Program-made: the position numbers and the translations under genes | Assembly: GCA_049423385.1 (NCBI GenBank) | Contig: JBMSQQ010000005.1 | Coordinates: forward strand, 1 to 64,000 | Origin: Silvanigrellaceae bacterium | Lineage (GTDB): Bacteria; Bdellovibrionota_B; Oligoflexia; Silvanigrellales; Silvanigrellaceae | Length of the DNA: 64,000 nucleotides | Direction of reading: 5' to 3' | In this document: piece after piece, positions 1 through 9,201 of the stretch | Layout of the letters: each line of letters starts with the position of its first letter | Numbering within the stretch: the stretch's first letter is position 1 | Notes under the pieces: generated by a model | What the model saw: the letters and a program-made list of their open reading frames with translations, nothing else | What the model was told of the DNA's origin: nothing | Databases searched by the model: none

Positions 1-3000
1 CCAGGGCGCTGGGTGTTGGAGTGTTGGGGTTTGCCGATGCCACTGCCAATGCAATGTTGACTGCTCCGCCGCCGGCTGTCTCGGTGTGAATGACCAACGC
101 ATCACCACCTGAAAGGGTTGGAGTCGTATAGGTGGAGGTCCTCGTCAGGGTGACCGAGTATTCGACGGAGCAAACCGTTGGAGCAGATGTTCGGCAAGCA
201 CGGTATTTGAAGATTTCAGATCCATTCAAACCATCATTTGTAGGCGTGTAAGTCACGGTGCGGTCGTTGTCCGCACTCGACGTGGGAATTTTTCCAGTGA
301 GGGCAGTGACACGGCCACCCGGATTTTGTGTGACGTCATAGATTAAAGATGCAGACGCATTGGTTGGGTCTGTGAAACGTCCCAAAACAAACCCGATTGC
401 TGTTGTGGTCGGGGTTGAAACTGTGGATTCACCCTCCACGATCTGAATCGGATAGGTTGGAGTTCCGATATTAATCGTAATCTCTTTTTCCGCGGTGCAA
501 TTGGGCGAACCGAAGTTGTCGCAAACCTTGTAGGTCAGGGTCTGGACGCCACTTGTGCCGTTTGACACGAATGAAACATTTTCAGTTCCCGAGCTGGTGC
601 CTGGAACTGCAGGTGGGGTTCCAAGAGTTCCCAAAGACACAGGACTTAAGGTGTAACTCAAGGTCTGCGGCGTACCAAACAAATTGGCATCCGGATCGAT
701 TGCACCATCCAGGGTAATGTTCACCGTCGCACCTTCGGCGATGTTGTAGATGCTCGTTGTCGCTGCGCCATTGAGCATCGGGGTCGTGCCGACATTTTCG
801 ATTGTCATTGTTTGCACTGCAGTGCAGGCGTTTGTGGCACCCGAGTTGTCGCACAATTTGTAAGTGAACGAATCGGCACCCGGGCTGGCAGAAGGAGAAG
901 GTGAGTAGCGGACCGTCGCGGGAAGAACTGAATCTGCGGCAGTGTAGGTTGTCGATGAGTTTGACGGATCCGAAAGTGAGCCGTTGGTCGGCTGAGTGAC
1001 GAGTTTGGCTATAACAGTCTGCCCAGTGTCTGCGTCTGTTGCACTCGAGAGTGTGATGTCCTTGGGTGCCTGTGCACTTGCCTTGAACGACGTTGTGGCA
1101 GCGGGAACCAGAACCGGAGTGTCGTTGTCTGCGGTGACTGTGATGGGCACATGAACATTGGCAGAGCAGCTTGATGTCGCCGCCAAACCGGACGAATCGC
1201 AAACCTTGTAGATGAACTCATCTGGCCCATTGTAATTGAGATTTGGCGTGTACGTGATTGTGCGTGTTGCCGTCGAGGTTGCCGACACACCATTCATAAC
1301 ACCAAGCAAGTTCCCGGTGCTGAGTATTCCGTTCTGAGGAGCGAGGACAAGGTGGTATTGGAGTGTTTGCGGATTGCTGTTGAGCGTTGCATCTGTGTCC
1401 ACATCTTCGCCCAACATCAAAATGATTCCAGATGATATTGAGTCTTCTGTTGTGCTGAGAGAGGCGGGTAGGTTGTGTCTGTGCGCGACACTGATTCCAG
1501 AGATCGTTGTGCTGATGTCCGTTATTCCCGGAGTCGCACCGGACGCATTCAGCGTTGGCGTGTCGTTTGATTGCAAAACGGTGACCGTGAAACTCTGCTG
1601 AACGTTGCCACCGTCTGCGAGTGCAATGCTGAGAGTGACTGTCACTGGACCACCATTGCTGTTTACGGCAGGAGTCACTGTCACTGAGCAATTGTTGTTG
1701 GTTCCGCTGACTGCGATGTTGCCGTTGGGGATGATGTCTTCGTCACCTGAGCTTGCAGAAACCCCCGTGATTCCGCTTCCTGCAACACAGTCATAGCCAG
1801 TGCCGAAATCCAAGAGCTTGAATGAGAGCGCACCTGTGTTCGAGCCTTCATTGATGATTTGATTTTCAATTGAAGTCATGCGCCTTTGCGTCACTGTGAT
1901 GGTCACGGTCTTGATCTCGTCCGAACAGAGTCCACCCGTGTCGCAATATTGGTATGAGAATGTGTAAATTCCCGCTTGAATTGTGCCGGGCGTGTAGGTG
2001 ATGGGCGAAGTGATTGTGGCACCGGCCGCTGCTCCCGAGAGTGAACCTTGTGTGGGCGCAGTCACCAATGTTGCAACCGGCGCTAAAGATCCAGCTGCAC
2101 CTGCGGTCGTATCGATATCCGCTCCTCCACCAAGACTAATGCTGACGGTGTTTCCGACTTCCACAGTTGCAGAAGTGTCGCCAGCAGAGGTGAAGTAAGG
2201 TTTGTCATTCTGCGCCGAGATCGTAAGTGAGACGTAAATATTTTCGGTGCAGTTGTTCACAGCTCCGGAGTTGTCGCAAATTTTGTACACAAATCCATCA
2301 GAGCCATTTTCGTTTGGCAAAGGTGTGTATGTCACGGTGGCACCCGAAAGTGGCGACGCAGTCGATGAGATATTCATAACCCCAGAAATATTACCGCTGC
2401 TCAGGACTCCACGCGCAGGTGGAACAACAAGGTTGTAGTAAAGGTACTGGGGCGAACCATTGGCAGACCCGGTCACACTGGCATCGACATCTGTCGCGGT
2501 TGCCAGAGCAATGTTCTGAGTTCCTCCGTCTTCTGTGAGAGGAGTCGCAACTGTCTGGATGTGTGTATACGGTTGCGTACTGAAAGTGCCGGAGGAGGCG
2601 GTTGTCGCCGGGGTTCCGCTGGTTGAGACTATCGCAGGTTGATCATTCACCGCGTTGACGCTCACAAGGAAAGTGCGGTCGATGGTTGCGGATTTGTGGT
2701 TCAAAGACAAGGTTATCGCCACAGGTCCACCGTTACCGTCGGCAACCGGCGTCACGGTCACGTTGCAGCTTGTTCCGGAACCACCAATGTCGATATTATC
2801 AACTGGAATCAGGCTGATGTTGCTCGAGGCTTTGCTGACATTGCTACACGTAATGTTGTCGTCGATGTCGCCTATGGTGAACGAAATCGCACCCGTGTTT
2901 GAACCTTCCGAAAATGCGGCGGGGTTGGCAATCGCAGAAATTGTCGGTGCATTGTTGATGACATTGACGGTCACGGGTTTGGTTGCCGTGCAGTTTTGCG

Positions 3001-5281
3001 GTGTGGCATTGTCGCAAACTTTATAGGTGAATGTTGTCGTTTGATCTGCGGTTGTCGAAGAGCCTGCCGTCGGCGTGAAGACAATCGTTCCGTTTCCTGA
3101 TGATGGCACAGCCGATGCACTGGTCAAAGAGCCAACCCCGGAAGCTGGGCTGCTGTCGATCACGTACGTCAGGGTCTGCGGCGTGAGGAACAATCCTGCA
3201 TCCGCATCTGTCGCAGCATTCAAATACAAGGTGTTGGCACCAGAGTTTTTGTTGATGGTGAACGTTGTTGAGGTGGCGGGTGTTGCCCATTGCGGAGTTT
3301 TGTCGAGAACTGTGACATCAACTGTACTCGTGACTTGCGGATTGGTTCCGTCGTCCAGTTTAATTGTGAGCGTTGTTGTTCCCAGTCCTGCAGAACCTGC
3401 AGCCGGCGCAAGTTTCAGCTTGCAATAGGGAAAAGTTCCAGTGAGTTCGATGTTTGCGCTGGATTGTGGAAATCTGCTTGTATTACCGGAGGTGACAATG
3501 ACATTTGGAATTCCGCACGAAGAACCAACAATATCGTCGTCGTCGATGATGAATTGAATATTGCTCAGGGTTGAGTCACTGCTCATTTGAATGCCGCCAG
3601 CGATCGTGTTTTGCGCGGGGGCAACAATCCGGTCGAGGCGCGGTGGTTGATTTCCATCGACCACGTTCAAAGTGATGACTTTTTCAGATGAGCACATGTC
3701 ATCGAGGTTGCATGCCACGAATTTGAAAACGTCGGAACCGATATATGCCGGCAGCGGCTTGTAGTCGAAGGTTCCAATGTCGGTTTGCGTGACGACGCCA
3801 TGTTTGGGCAGCTCGACAATCCGATAAAACACATCCGTGTCGCTGATGGGATCCCTGACTGCAACTTTGTAGACGAATCCCACGGACTTTGGCGCCGAAA
3901 AAGTCTGTTCCTGGGGAGGTTCACCGGAAGTAAAAATGGGCGGCATTGAACGCACCGTGAACAACTCGGTGTTCAGCTCTGCCACTTTGATCCCGTCTAC
4001 ATAGACTCTCACAAAACATTGAGTCGAATCTTCGAGTGCAAACAATGAACCGGCAGAAGCAAGACGTTCGAAAGATTGGCTTGTCCAGTCCACAAGAGTG
4101 GCTCCATTTTTCTTCCATTTGAAGGAATAGGTGACCTTGGTGGTCGAAGATCCGGGCAAGGTGCAACCAGGAACAGTGTACGGACTGATGCTTTTTGTTG
4201 TGAATTTGGGTTGAGAAAAATATCCCTCACCTGCAGTTTTGTCGATCGAATCTATCAATCCGTTGATCAATATCACTGCATCTGATTTCGTCGCAGACGA
4301 CTGAACCTCTGTGATGAAATAGGACAAGAGCGGCGTGCGCAAAACCAGGGACTTTTTCAGTGCATCAAGTATCGCCGTTTTCAAGTCTGAAGCGCTGCTG
4401 GAAGTTGAATACTGCGAGAGAATGACATTGAATCCGCTGAGACTGTCTTCGGGGACCGCGTTCTGGACCTTGATGATGTTGCCAAGCTGAGAATCCGTGC
4501 TCGATAGCCCTCGCAGTCCTTCAAGGATTTTATTTTGAAGTTTGCCATCGATGGCACGCGTGATGAATTTTTCCAGGTCGTTGGCTGCAGTGAACGGTGC
4601 AATTTTCAGGACCGTAGATAGATACTCTGCTGCCACCGAGGTTTCACTTGGGATTTTGTCCCATCCTGCAGATGAATTGAAAACAAACTCGCCGCCCAAC
4701 GGAGGCAATCCTGCTTCAATGGCACCGAGGATGTTTGCGTCACTGGCGGAACGCTTTCCGACAGACTCTGCGAGGGTCAGGTAGAGGATTTTTGAATTGA
4801 CGGGGGCGAACTGAAGTCCGTCGGAAATGGCACGCATGGACGCATCGAGCGTCAACGAGATTGCCAGAAGGGAATCGATTGCACTTTTGACTTTGCCCTG
4901 CAGCGAGGACTCTTTTCGAACACTCTCGACACTGGTCAGAATGGACGCAACAGTTGCCTTTTTGTCCGCTTTCGACGGACTCCGATCGATCACCCGGGCG
5001 AGCAGAGTGTTCAGGGAATCGCGTTCTTCATCCGTAAGTTTTGCGGTGAGTTCCTTGTAATTTTTTGATGCATCGGGTCCACCGTCCAGCACGTTGATCT
5101 TGTCCTGCATGGCAACGCGATCGAGACTCTGAACCTGGATTTTTGCATTTGAACTGCATGCCGATTGCAGCACCAACAAAAAAGTCACAAGTGCGACAAA
5201 CACCAAGACAGAACGTCTCTTCACGTCCGTCCTGCAGTTGTGTTTGAAAAGCAACCTGGGCTGCCTCGAGCAGCTACGCAT
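1..5281 (-). CDS. Giant surface lipoprotein/adhesin with tandem Ig-like (cadherin-like/Big_9-type) repeats; 3' end lies outside the window
   Basis: Absent from the ORF track because there is no stop in the window: this minus frame has no listed ORF, and spot translations are in frame. ATG at 5281 follows GGGAGG (alternative GTG at 5224). N-terminus ...KRRSVLVFVALVTFLLVLQSAC is a lipobox. Repeated motifs include NGADSFTYKLCD, NYNGPDEFIYKVCD and DGFVYKICD. Confidence 0.85.
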   Translation of the reverse strand, partial: MRSCSRQPRLLFKHNCRTDVKRRSVLVFVALVTFLLVLQSACSSNAKIQVQSLDRVAMQDKINVLDGGPDASKNYKELTAKLTDEERDSLNTLLARVIDRSPSKADKKATVASILTSVESVRKESSLQGKVKSAIDSLLAISLTLDASMRAISDGLQFAPVNSKILYLTLAESVGKRSASDANILGAIEAGLPPLGGEFVFNSSAGWDKIPSETSVAAEYLSTVLKIAPFTAANDLEKFITRAIDGKLQNKILEGLRGLSSTDSQLGNIIKVQNAVPEDSLSGFNVILSQYSTSSSASDLKTAILDALKKSLVLRTPLLSYFITEVQSSATKSDAVILINGLIDSIDKTAGEGYFSQPKFTTKSISPYTVPGCTLPGSSTTKVTYSFKWKKNGATLVDWTSQSFERLASAGSLFALEDSTQCFVRVYVDGIKVAELNTELFTVRSMPPIFTSGEPPQEQTFSAPKSVGFVYKVAVRDPISDTDVFYRIVELPKHGVVTQTDIGTFDYKPLPAYIGSDVFKFVACNLDDMCSSEKVITLNVVDGNQPPRLDRIVAPAQNTIAGGIQMSSDSTLSNIQFIIDDDDIVGSSCGIPNVIVTSGNTSRFPQSSANIELTGTFPYCKLKLAPAAGSAGLGTTTLTIKLDDGTNPQVTSTVDVTVLDKTPQWATPATSTTFTINKNSGANTLYLNAATDADAGLFLTPQTLTYVIDSSPASGVGSLTSASAVPSSGNGTIVFTPTAGSSTTADQTTTFTYKVCDNATPQNCTATKPVTVNVINNAPTISAIANPAAFSEGSNTGAISFTIGDIDDNITCSNVSKASSNISLIPVDNIDIGGSGTSCNVTVTPVADGNGGPVAITLSLNHKSATIDRTFLVSVNAVNDQPAIVSTSGTPATTASSGTFSTQPYTHIQTVATPLTEDGGTQNIALATATDVDASVTGSANGSPQYLYYNLVVPPARGVLSSGNISGVMNISSTASPLSGATVTYTPLPNENGSDGFVYKICDNSGAVNNCTENIYVSLTISAQNDKPYFTSAGDTSATVEVGNTVSISLGGGADIDTTAGAAGSLAPVATLVTAPTQGSLSGAAAGATITSPITYTPGTIQAGIYTFSYQYCDTGGLCSDEIKTVTITVTQRRMTSIENQIINEGSNTGALSFKLLDFGTGYDCVAGSGITGVSASSGDEDIIPNGNIAVSGTNNNCSVTVTPAVNSNGGPVTVTLSIALADGGNVQQSFTVTVLQSNDTPTLNASGATPGITDISTTISGISVAHRHNLPASLSTTEDSISSGIILMLGEDVDTDATLNSNPQTLQYHLVLAPQNGILSTGNLLGVMNGVSATSTATRTITYTPNLNYNGPDEFIYKVCDSSGLAATSSCSANVHVPITVTADNDTPVLVPAATTSFKASAQAPKDITLSSATDADTGQTVIAKLVTQPTNGSLSDPSNSSTTYTAADSVLPATVRYSPSPSASPGADSFTYKLCDNSGATNACTAVQTMTIENVGTTPMLNGAATTSIYNIAEGATVNITLDGAIDPDANLFGTPQTLSYTLSPVSLGTLGTPPAVPGTSSGTENVSFVSNGTSGVQTLTYKVCDNFGSPNCTAEKEITINIGTPTYPIQIVEGESTVSTPTTTAIGFVLGRFTDPTNASASLIYDVTQNPGGRVTALTGKIPTSSADNDRTVTYTPTNDGLNGSEIFKYRACRTSAPTVCSVEYSVTLTRTSTYTTPTLSGGDALVIHTETAGGGAVNIALAVASANPNTPTPSAL

Positions 5282-5302
5282 CCGCAACCTCCCTTATGGG
5301 TG

Positions 5303-5330
5303 GTTTCGGCTTTTTTTCTTTGGAATTTGA
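5303..5330 (-). promoter_or_regulatory. FliA/sigma28-like promoter TCAA-N16-GCCGAAAC
   Basis: Minus strand reads tcaa attccaaagaaaaaaa gccgaaac, just upstream of the RBS of the giant lipoprotein. Confidence 0.65.
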
Positions 5331-5403
5331 GGACTTAATGAATTATTTTCAGGTCGTGTCCGGGATTTGACGTTCGAAATGCAAGATTCTGAATTCACGG
5401 CAT

Positions 5404-6183
5404 TTATTCAATCTGAAAATCCGGGTCGTTCTTCAGCTTGTTGATGAATTCGTTGTCTTCTTTGTTGGTTTTTTTGAATGTTTCCTTCGATTCCTTAATT
5501 TTCTTGATGGGATCTTTTGAGTTTTTGGGTTTCGGCGGGATGGCCGTGGCCGTAGGTGTCGGTTTGGCTGTCGCCTTGGACTTCGGGGCCGGAACTGGAG
5601 GCACTTTGGGAACCGGCGATGGCACCGGCGTTGGCACCGGCGTTGGCACCGGCGTTGGCACTGGTGTTGGCTCAGGCGTTGGCACTGGTGTTGGCTCAGG
5701 CGTTGGCATTGCAATCTTTGGCGGTTCTACAGGCTCTGCGGTTTTGGGGGCCGATGCCGCAGGTTGAACATTTGGAGCTTGTTGTTGTTCTGTCTGACTA
5801 TCCTGATTTGCAGTCCCGCTCTTTGCTTTCGGATGATGATAGGGAGCAATCAAAAAACCTTTCTCGATCGTCCAACCACCGCGCAATGGGCATTCCTTGA
5901 TTGGAATTTTCAATGTTGTTCCTGGAGGTATGTCTTTTCCCCTCAAATGCGACAGCGATGGGTTCAATGCCCAGGTTTTTTCAATCCAACCCCGCTTGCC
6001 GTAAACAGGTTCCGAGCCCAAATACCAGAGCGCCTCTGAAAGCGTATCTCCCTCGCGGAACACGAATGGTGCATGCTTTGGACATTTCGCAGCCTGCAGT
6101 TCATGAGGCGCGAAGACAGGCGATGCGAGCGCCAAAATGAGTGATGTGATTTTGAGGACCGACAAAATACGTTGACGGTTCAT
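5404..6183 (-). CDS. Secreted LysM-like domain protein with Pro/Thr-rich linker and Lys-rich tail
   Basis: Signal peptide; FREGDTLSEAL...WALNP...IPPGTTLKIP is LysM-like; (PTPE/PTPV)n linker. Confidence 0.75.
   Translation of the reverse strand: MNRQRILSVLKITSLILALASPVFAPHELQAAKCPKHAPFVFREGDTLSEALWYLGSEPVYGKRGWIEKTWALNPSLSHLRGKDIPPGTTLKIPIKECPLRGGWTIEKGFLIAPYHHPKAKSGTANQDSQTEQQQAPNVQPAASAPKTAEPVEPPKIAMPTPEPTPVPTPEPTPVPTPVPTPVPTPVPSPVPKVPPVPAPKSKATAKPTPTATAIPPKPKNSKDPIKKIKESKETFKKTNKEDNEFINKLKNDPDFQIE
5621..5707. repeat. Coding tandem repeat (12 bp x3, then 24 bp x2) encoding PTPV/PTPE
   Basis: ggcaccggcgtt x3, then ggcactggtgttggctcaggcgtt x2. Confidence 0.9.
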
Positions 6184-6220
6184 CTTGTTTCCCCTGATCC
6201 GCTTTCATATCATTTGCATA

Positions 6221-7933
6221 ATGACGAACACTGCTGTTCAAGCTTTCAGACAGTTTACCACATTCCGCGCCCGCCCTGGAAACAGGCTGCCGAATGCGCG
6301 AAGACTCACCGTTTTTGTCTTTGCTTCATGCGCACTTTTTTCCAATCGGGGAAAAGGCGCAGATGGTTTGCCGCGTTCTGGCAATCCTGTATCGGATGCG
6401 AGTGTCAGCTTTGATTCCATTCGTCTCAAGATCGATTTCGACTCCAGATTGTTCGATTCAGCGGGTGATGCAGTACAAAATGAACAAATGAACACCGCCT
6501 GCAAGGTATGGACGGAGGCCTTCAAGCGCGAGCAAGGGCCTTGGGGGTATGGCATTGCCTCGGATGTTGCGTGCCGCATCAAGAAGCCTGGTGACACGAA
6601 AGCATTCGATCAGCTCAAGAGCTTTGACAATTGGCTGCTGACGATTGCCAAGGACACCACCGACAACAACAACATCATCGTGGCGACAATCTGCCGATTG
6701 AAGAAAAACTATGCCCTTGCCAGCGGCAAGGATGAAAAACAAGAGGAACGCTGCGAAGCCAGGAAATCGATTCCATGGACTGATTTCAAGGTCAGGCTCC
6801 TGAGGCATCGCGCATTCGTCAGGCTTTTTGCAGCTTCCCTGGTCGATCAATTGCCATTCATGTCTGTGGTGACCCGCAATCTCATTCGTTTTGATGTTCT
6901 CGGGATCAAAGGTTTTCCGGAAGCTGCAAGTGTTGAAGTGGAATTTCCTCCGCCACCTGCGAGCACTGCTTTCTTCGATGTCAGGTTTGAACCCTATGAA
7001 AGCAAGTTCCGGATTAAGGAAGTCCCGATGAAAGAAGCGATTTATCGGGCCATGAATCAAAACGGTGTGACGTGGATTCTCAACAAGGCTGGGCGTGGTG
7101 AACGTGCCAATTTGTTCAGTCAGAAGTTGCAGGAAGCGTTCGTCACACTCACGACTCAATTTCAATTCGACGTTTTGAAATTTGAACGAGAAAGAATTAA
7201 GTCGGACGTGGAAAAATTGAAGGCAATTTCATCTATAGATTCGAGTTTTCGCGGTCAGTTTTTTGCGGGCGTTCCTTCGTTTTCGCAGAAATCAGCATAT
7301 GCAGGTGAAGTGGAAATTGCTTTCAAATCGGGGGCAGGTTACGGGGCGCGTTTGCAAATGGGCGGTCTTAAGTCAAAGCACGCTGTTGGCACCCTGGTGC
7401 AAGAGAATGATGATCCCAACAAGAGTGTCGTGGCACAAGTCAATCTCGATGAATTCGATTTTGTCCTGGAACCTGTCCTTTTTCGACGATGGAACAAGAA
7501 CTCTCCCTCGTCGATGATCTATCAATTGGGCTCGCGAATTGGATTTGTTACCAGTTCAGGCGATTTCGTAAGCGAAGGTAACCTTCCCCAGAATCAGTTG
7601 TCCCTCAGCATGAAAGAATTTGTTTTGGGGCTCGGCCTTGGAATTGAACTTCCGATCGGACAAAGCTTCGAAATCTCGACCTCGAGTGCCTTCGATTTCG
7701 GGCTGGCGGCAAAGTCGACGAAATTTGCAGCGTCTGCAGAGCTCAATTGGATTTTGTCGAAGATGCCTGTCTTCGTTGGCGGCACACGGCAGGCGCGTTG
7801 GAAGTTGGGAGCTGTTTCGCGTTTTCAATCCCTGGGCCGCAGGTTCGTGACTTCCGGGACATCCAGAAACGTCGAAACATTGGCGACCTTGAATGGAATC
7901 CAAGGTGGGCTTTTTCTCGAAAGAAACTTCTGA
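6221..7933 (+). CDS. Hypothetical exported protein with probable C-terminal outer-membrane beta-barrel
   Basis: Long ORF (start uncertain); amphipathic beta-strand pattern in the C-terminal half; terminal Phe (GGLFLERNF). Confidence 0.6.
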   Translation: MTNTAVQAFRQFTTFRARPGNRLPNARRLTVFVFASCALFSNRGKGADGLPRSGNPVSDASVSFDSIRLKIDFDSRLFDSAGDAVQNEQMNTACKVWTEAFKREQGPWGYGIASDVACRIKKPGDTKAFDQLKSFDNWLLTIAKDTTDNNNIIVATICRLKKNYALASGKDEKQEERCEARKSIPWTDFKVRLLRHRAFVRLFAASLVDQLPFMSVVTRNLIRFDVLGIKGFPEAASVEVEFPPPPASTAFFDVRFEPYESKFRIKEVPMKEAIYRAMNQNGVTWILNKAGRGERANLFSQKLQEAFVTLTTQFQFDVLKFERERIKSDVEKLKAISSIDSSFRGQFFAGVPSFSQKSAYAGEVEIAFKSGAGYGARLQMGGLKSKHAVGTLVQENDDPNKSVVAQVNLDEFDFVLEPVLFRRWNKNSPSSMIYQLGSRIGFVTSSGDFVSEGNLPQNQLSLSMKEFVLGLGLGIELPIGQSFEISTSSAFDFGLAAKSTKFAASAELNWILSKMPVFVGGTRQARWKLGAVSRFQSLGRRFVTSGTSRNVETLATLNGIQGGLFLERNF

Positions 7934-8042
7934 TTTTGGTGAGTTATGTCTGTAACGGAGATTCCTGGGGCGAGGAGAACAAGGGAAAAGCCTAAAACAT
8001 GTCGTGATTACGGGAAGCTTTACCGGTGTTTTAAAATTCCCC

Positions 8043-8070
8043 TCAAGTTTTGCCTGTCTGGATCCGAAGA
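8043..8070 (+). promoter_or_regulatory. FliA/sigma28-like promoter TCAA-N16-TCCGAAGA
   Basis: tcaa gttttgcctgtctgga tccgaaga, 60 bp before ATG 8131. Confidence 0.6.
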
Positions 8071-8130
8071 CTCTGCGAACATGCCCGAACTGCAGGATGC
8101 AGGTCTCGGTGGCGAATGGAGGTTAGGCTT

Positions 8131-9141
8131 ATGCTCTTTATTTCCAAACAGTCCGGTGGCCTTTTGGCGTTGAGCCTGATGGCGATTTCTGGATGCCAGC
8201 CGAGAAAATTCAACGAATCGGGCACGCAAGCGGTGGGTTCGGGTGGCAACAGTTTTGTTGAAGAGCTGTTGGTTTATCATCGCAATGCGATGTCGCCGGA
8301 ACTTGTGAGCAAGCTGTCTGACACCAGCTTTTACGTATTCAACCGGGGATGTGCGGTTGGTGTGGCTCCGGATGAAGTCGCTCGCAGACCATTGGATGGT
8401 GCGCGGGATCCGAGCTATGCAAACGACCCCGCTCCGTTTCCTCATCCCGACACATGCCAGAACGCATATATTGATCCTGCAAATTACGAAATGCGGGCCG
8501 TGGTTCGGCGAAAGTTTGATTCCACTCCAGGCTCCGGTTCGCCGGGAACGCCACGTGCAGAAAGCCAAGCCTCAGTCGTGGATGTTTTCCAAATCCCACC
8601 GAACAGTCCGCGTTACAGGAAGCGTTGCTACAACTCCCTTCCGAGCGGTCGCGCGATTTATCGCGTCTATTCGCGTGCCGGTTCACCGTTCAACAGCATC
8701 CCATATTACGAAGTTCGTTCGCACGACGTGACGGTTGGTGTGATTGTCGACATTCAGCGAGTTGTCACCGAGGGATTAGACAAAAGTCCATCTGATCAGC
8801 TCGACCTCGAGAGTGGTTTTTATCCCAAAGTCTATTTGATGCCAGGGCTGTGTGGTGTCGGATCACCTGTTGGATCAACCAAGGGCGGCATCACACCAGG
8901 TGGTTTGCCTGGTACACTGCCGAATCCAACGACGCAAAATCCGACCTCGCAGAATCCAACCTCGCAGAATCCACAAGGTGGTGGGGGAGTGATTCAGTCA
9001 CCATCGGGTTCGAATCCAACGGTTCAACAGCCAGGATCCACCTTTCCTGGAACGATACCCTCGAACCCAACCCAGCAACAGAATCCGACCCAGCAGGGGC
9101 CACTGGTGCCAAAGCCTTCGAATGGCACGACTCAACAGTAA
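8131..9141 (+). CDS. Hypothetical lipoprotein with Gln/Asn/Pro/Thr-rich disordered C-terminus
   Basis: GGAGG RBS before ATG 8131; MLFISKQSGGLLALSLMAISGC lipobox; QNPTS repeats. Confidence 0.75.
   Translation: MLFISKQSGGLLALSLMAISGCQPRKFNESGTQAVGSGGNSFVEELLVYHRNAMSPELVSKLSDTSFYVFNRGCAVGVAPDEVARRPLDGARDPSYANDPAPFPHPDTCQNAYIDPANYEMRAVVRRKFDSTPGSGSPGTPRAESQASVVDVFQIPPNSPRYRKRCYNSLPSGRAIYRVYSRAGSPFNSIPYYEVRSHDVTVGVIVDIQRVVTEGLDKSPSDQLDLESGFYPKVYLMPGLCGVGSPVGSTKGGITPGGLPGTLPNPTTQNPTSQNPTSQNPQGGGGVIQSPSGSNPTVQQPGSTFPGTIPSNPTQQQNPTQQGPLVPKPSNGTTQQ
8923..8976 (+). repeat. 15-bp coding tandem repeat (NPTSQ, about 3.5 copies)
   Basis: aatccaacgacgcaa aatccgacctcgcag aatccaacctcgcag aatccacaa. Confidence 0.85.
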
Positions 9142-9158
9142 AGCGGGAAATACCGTTC

Positions 9159-9201
9159 AAATGCAAAATGCCTGAGGGTTTTCCTCAGGCATTTTGCATT
9201 T
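9159..9201. terminator. Perfect 19-bp inverted repeat between convergent genes, likely a bidirectional terminator
   Basis: aaatgcaaaatgcctgagg-gtttt-cctcaggcattttgcattt; overlaps the htpG stop codon. Confidence 0.7.

Noticed and set aside
582..5060. Many short ORFs on both strands
   Set aside because: All overlap the single open minus frame of the giant lipoprotein.
5621..5707. Short repeats as a possible CRISPR array or phase-variable locus
   Set aside because: No spacers and no cas genes; unit lengths are multiples of 3 and encode a Pro/Thr linker.
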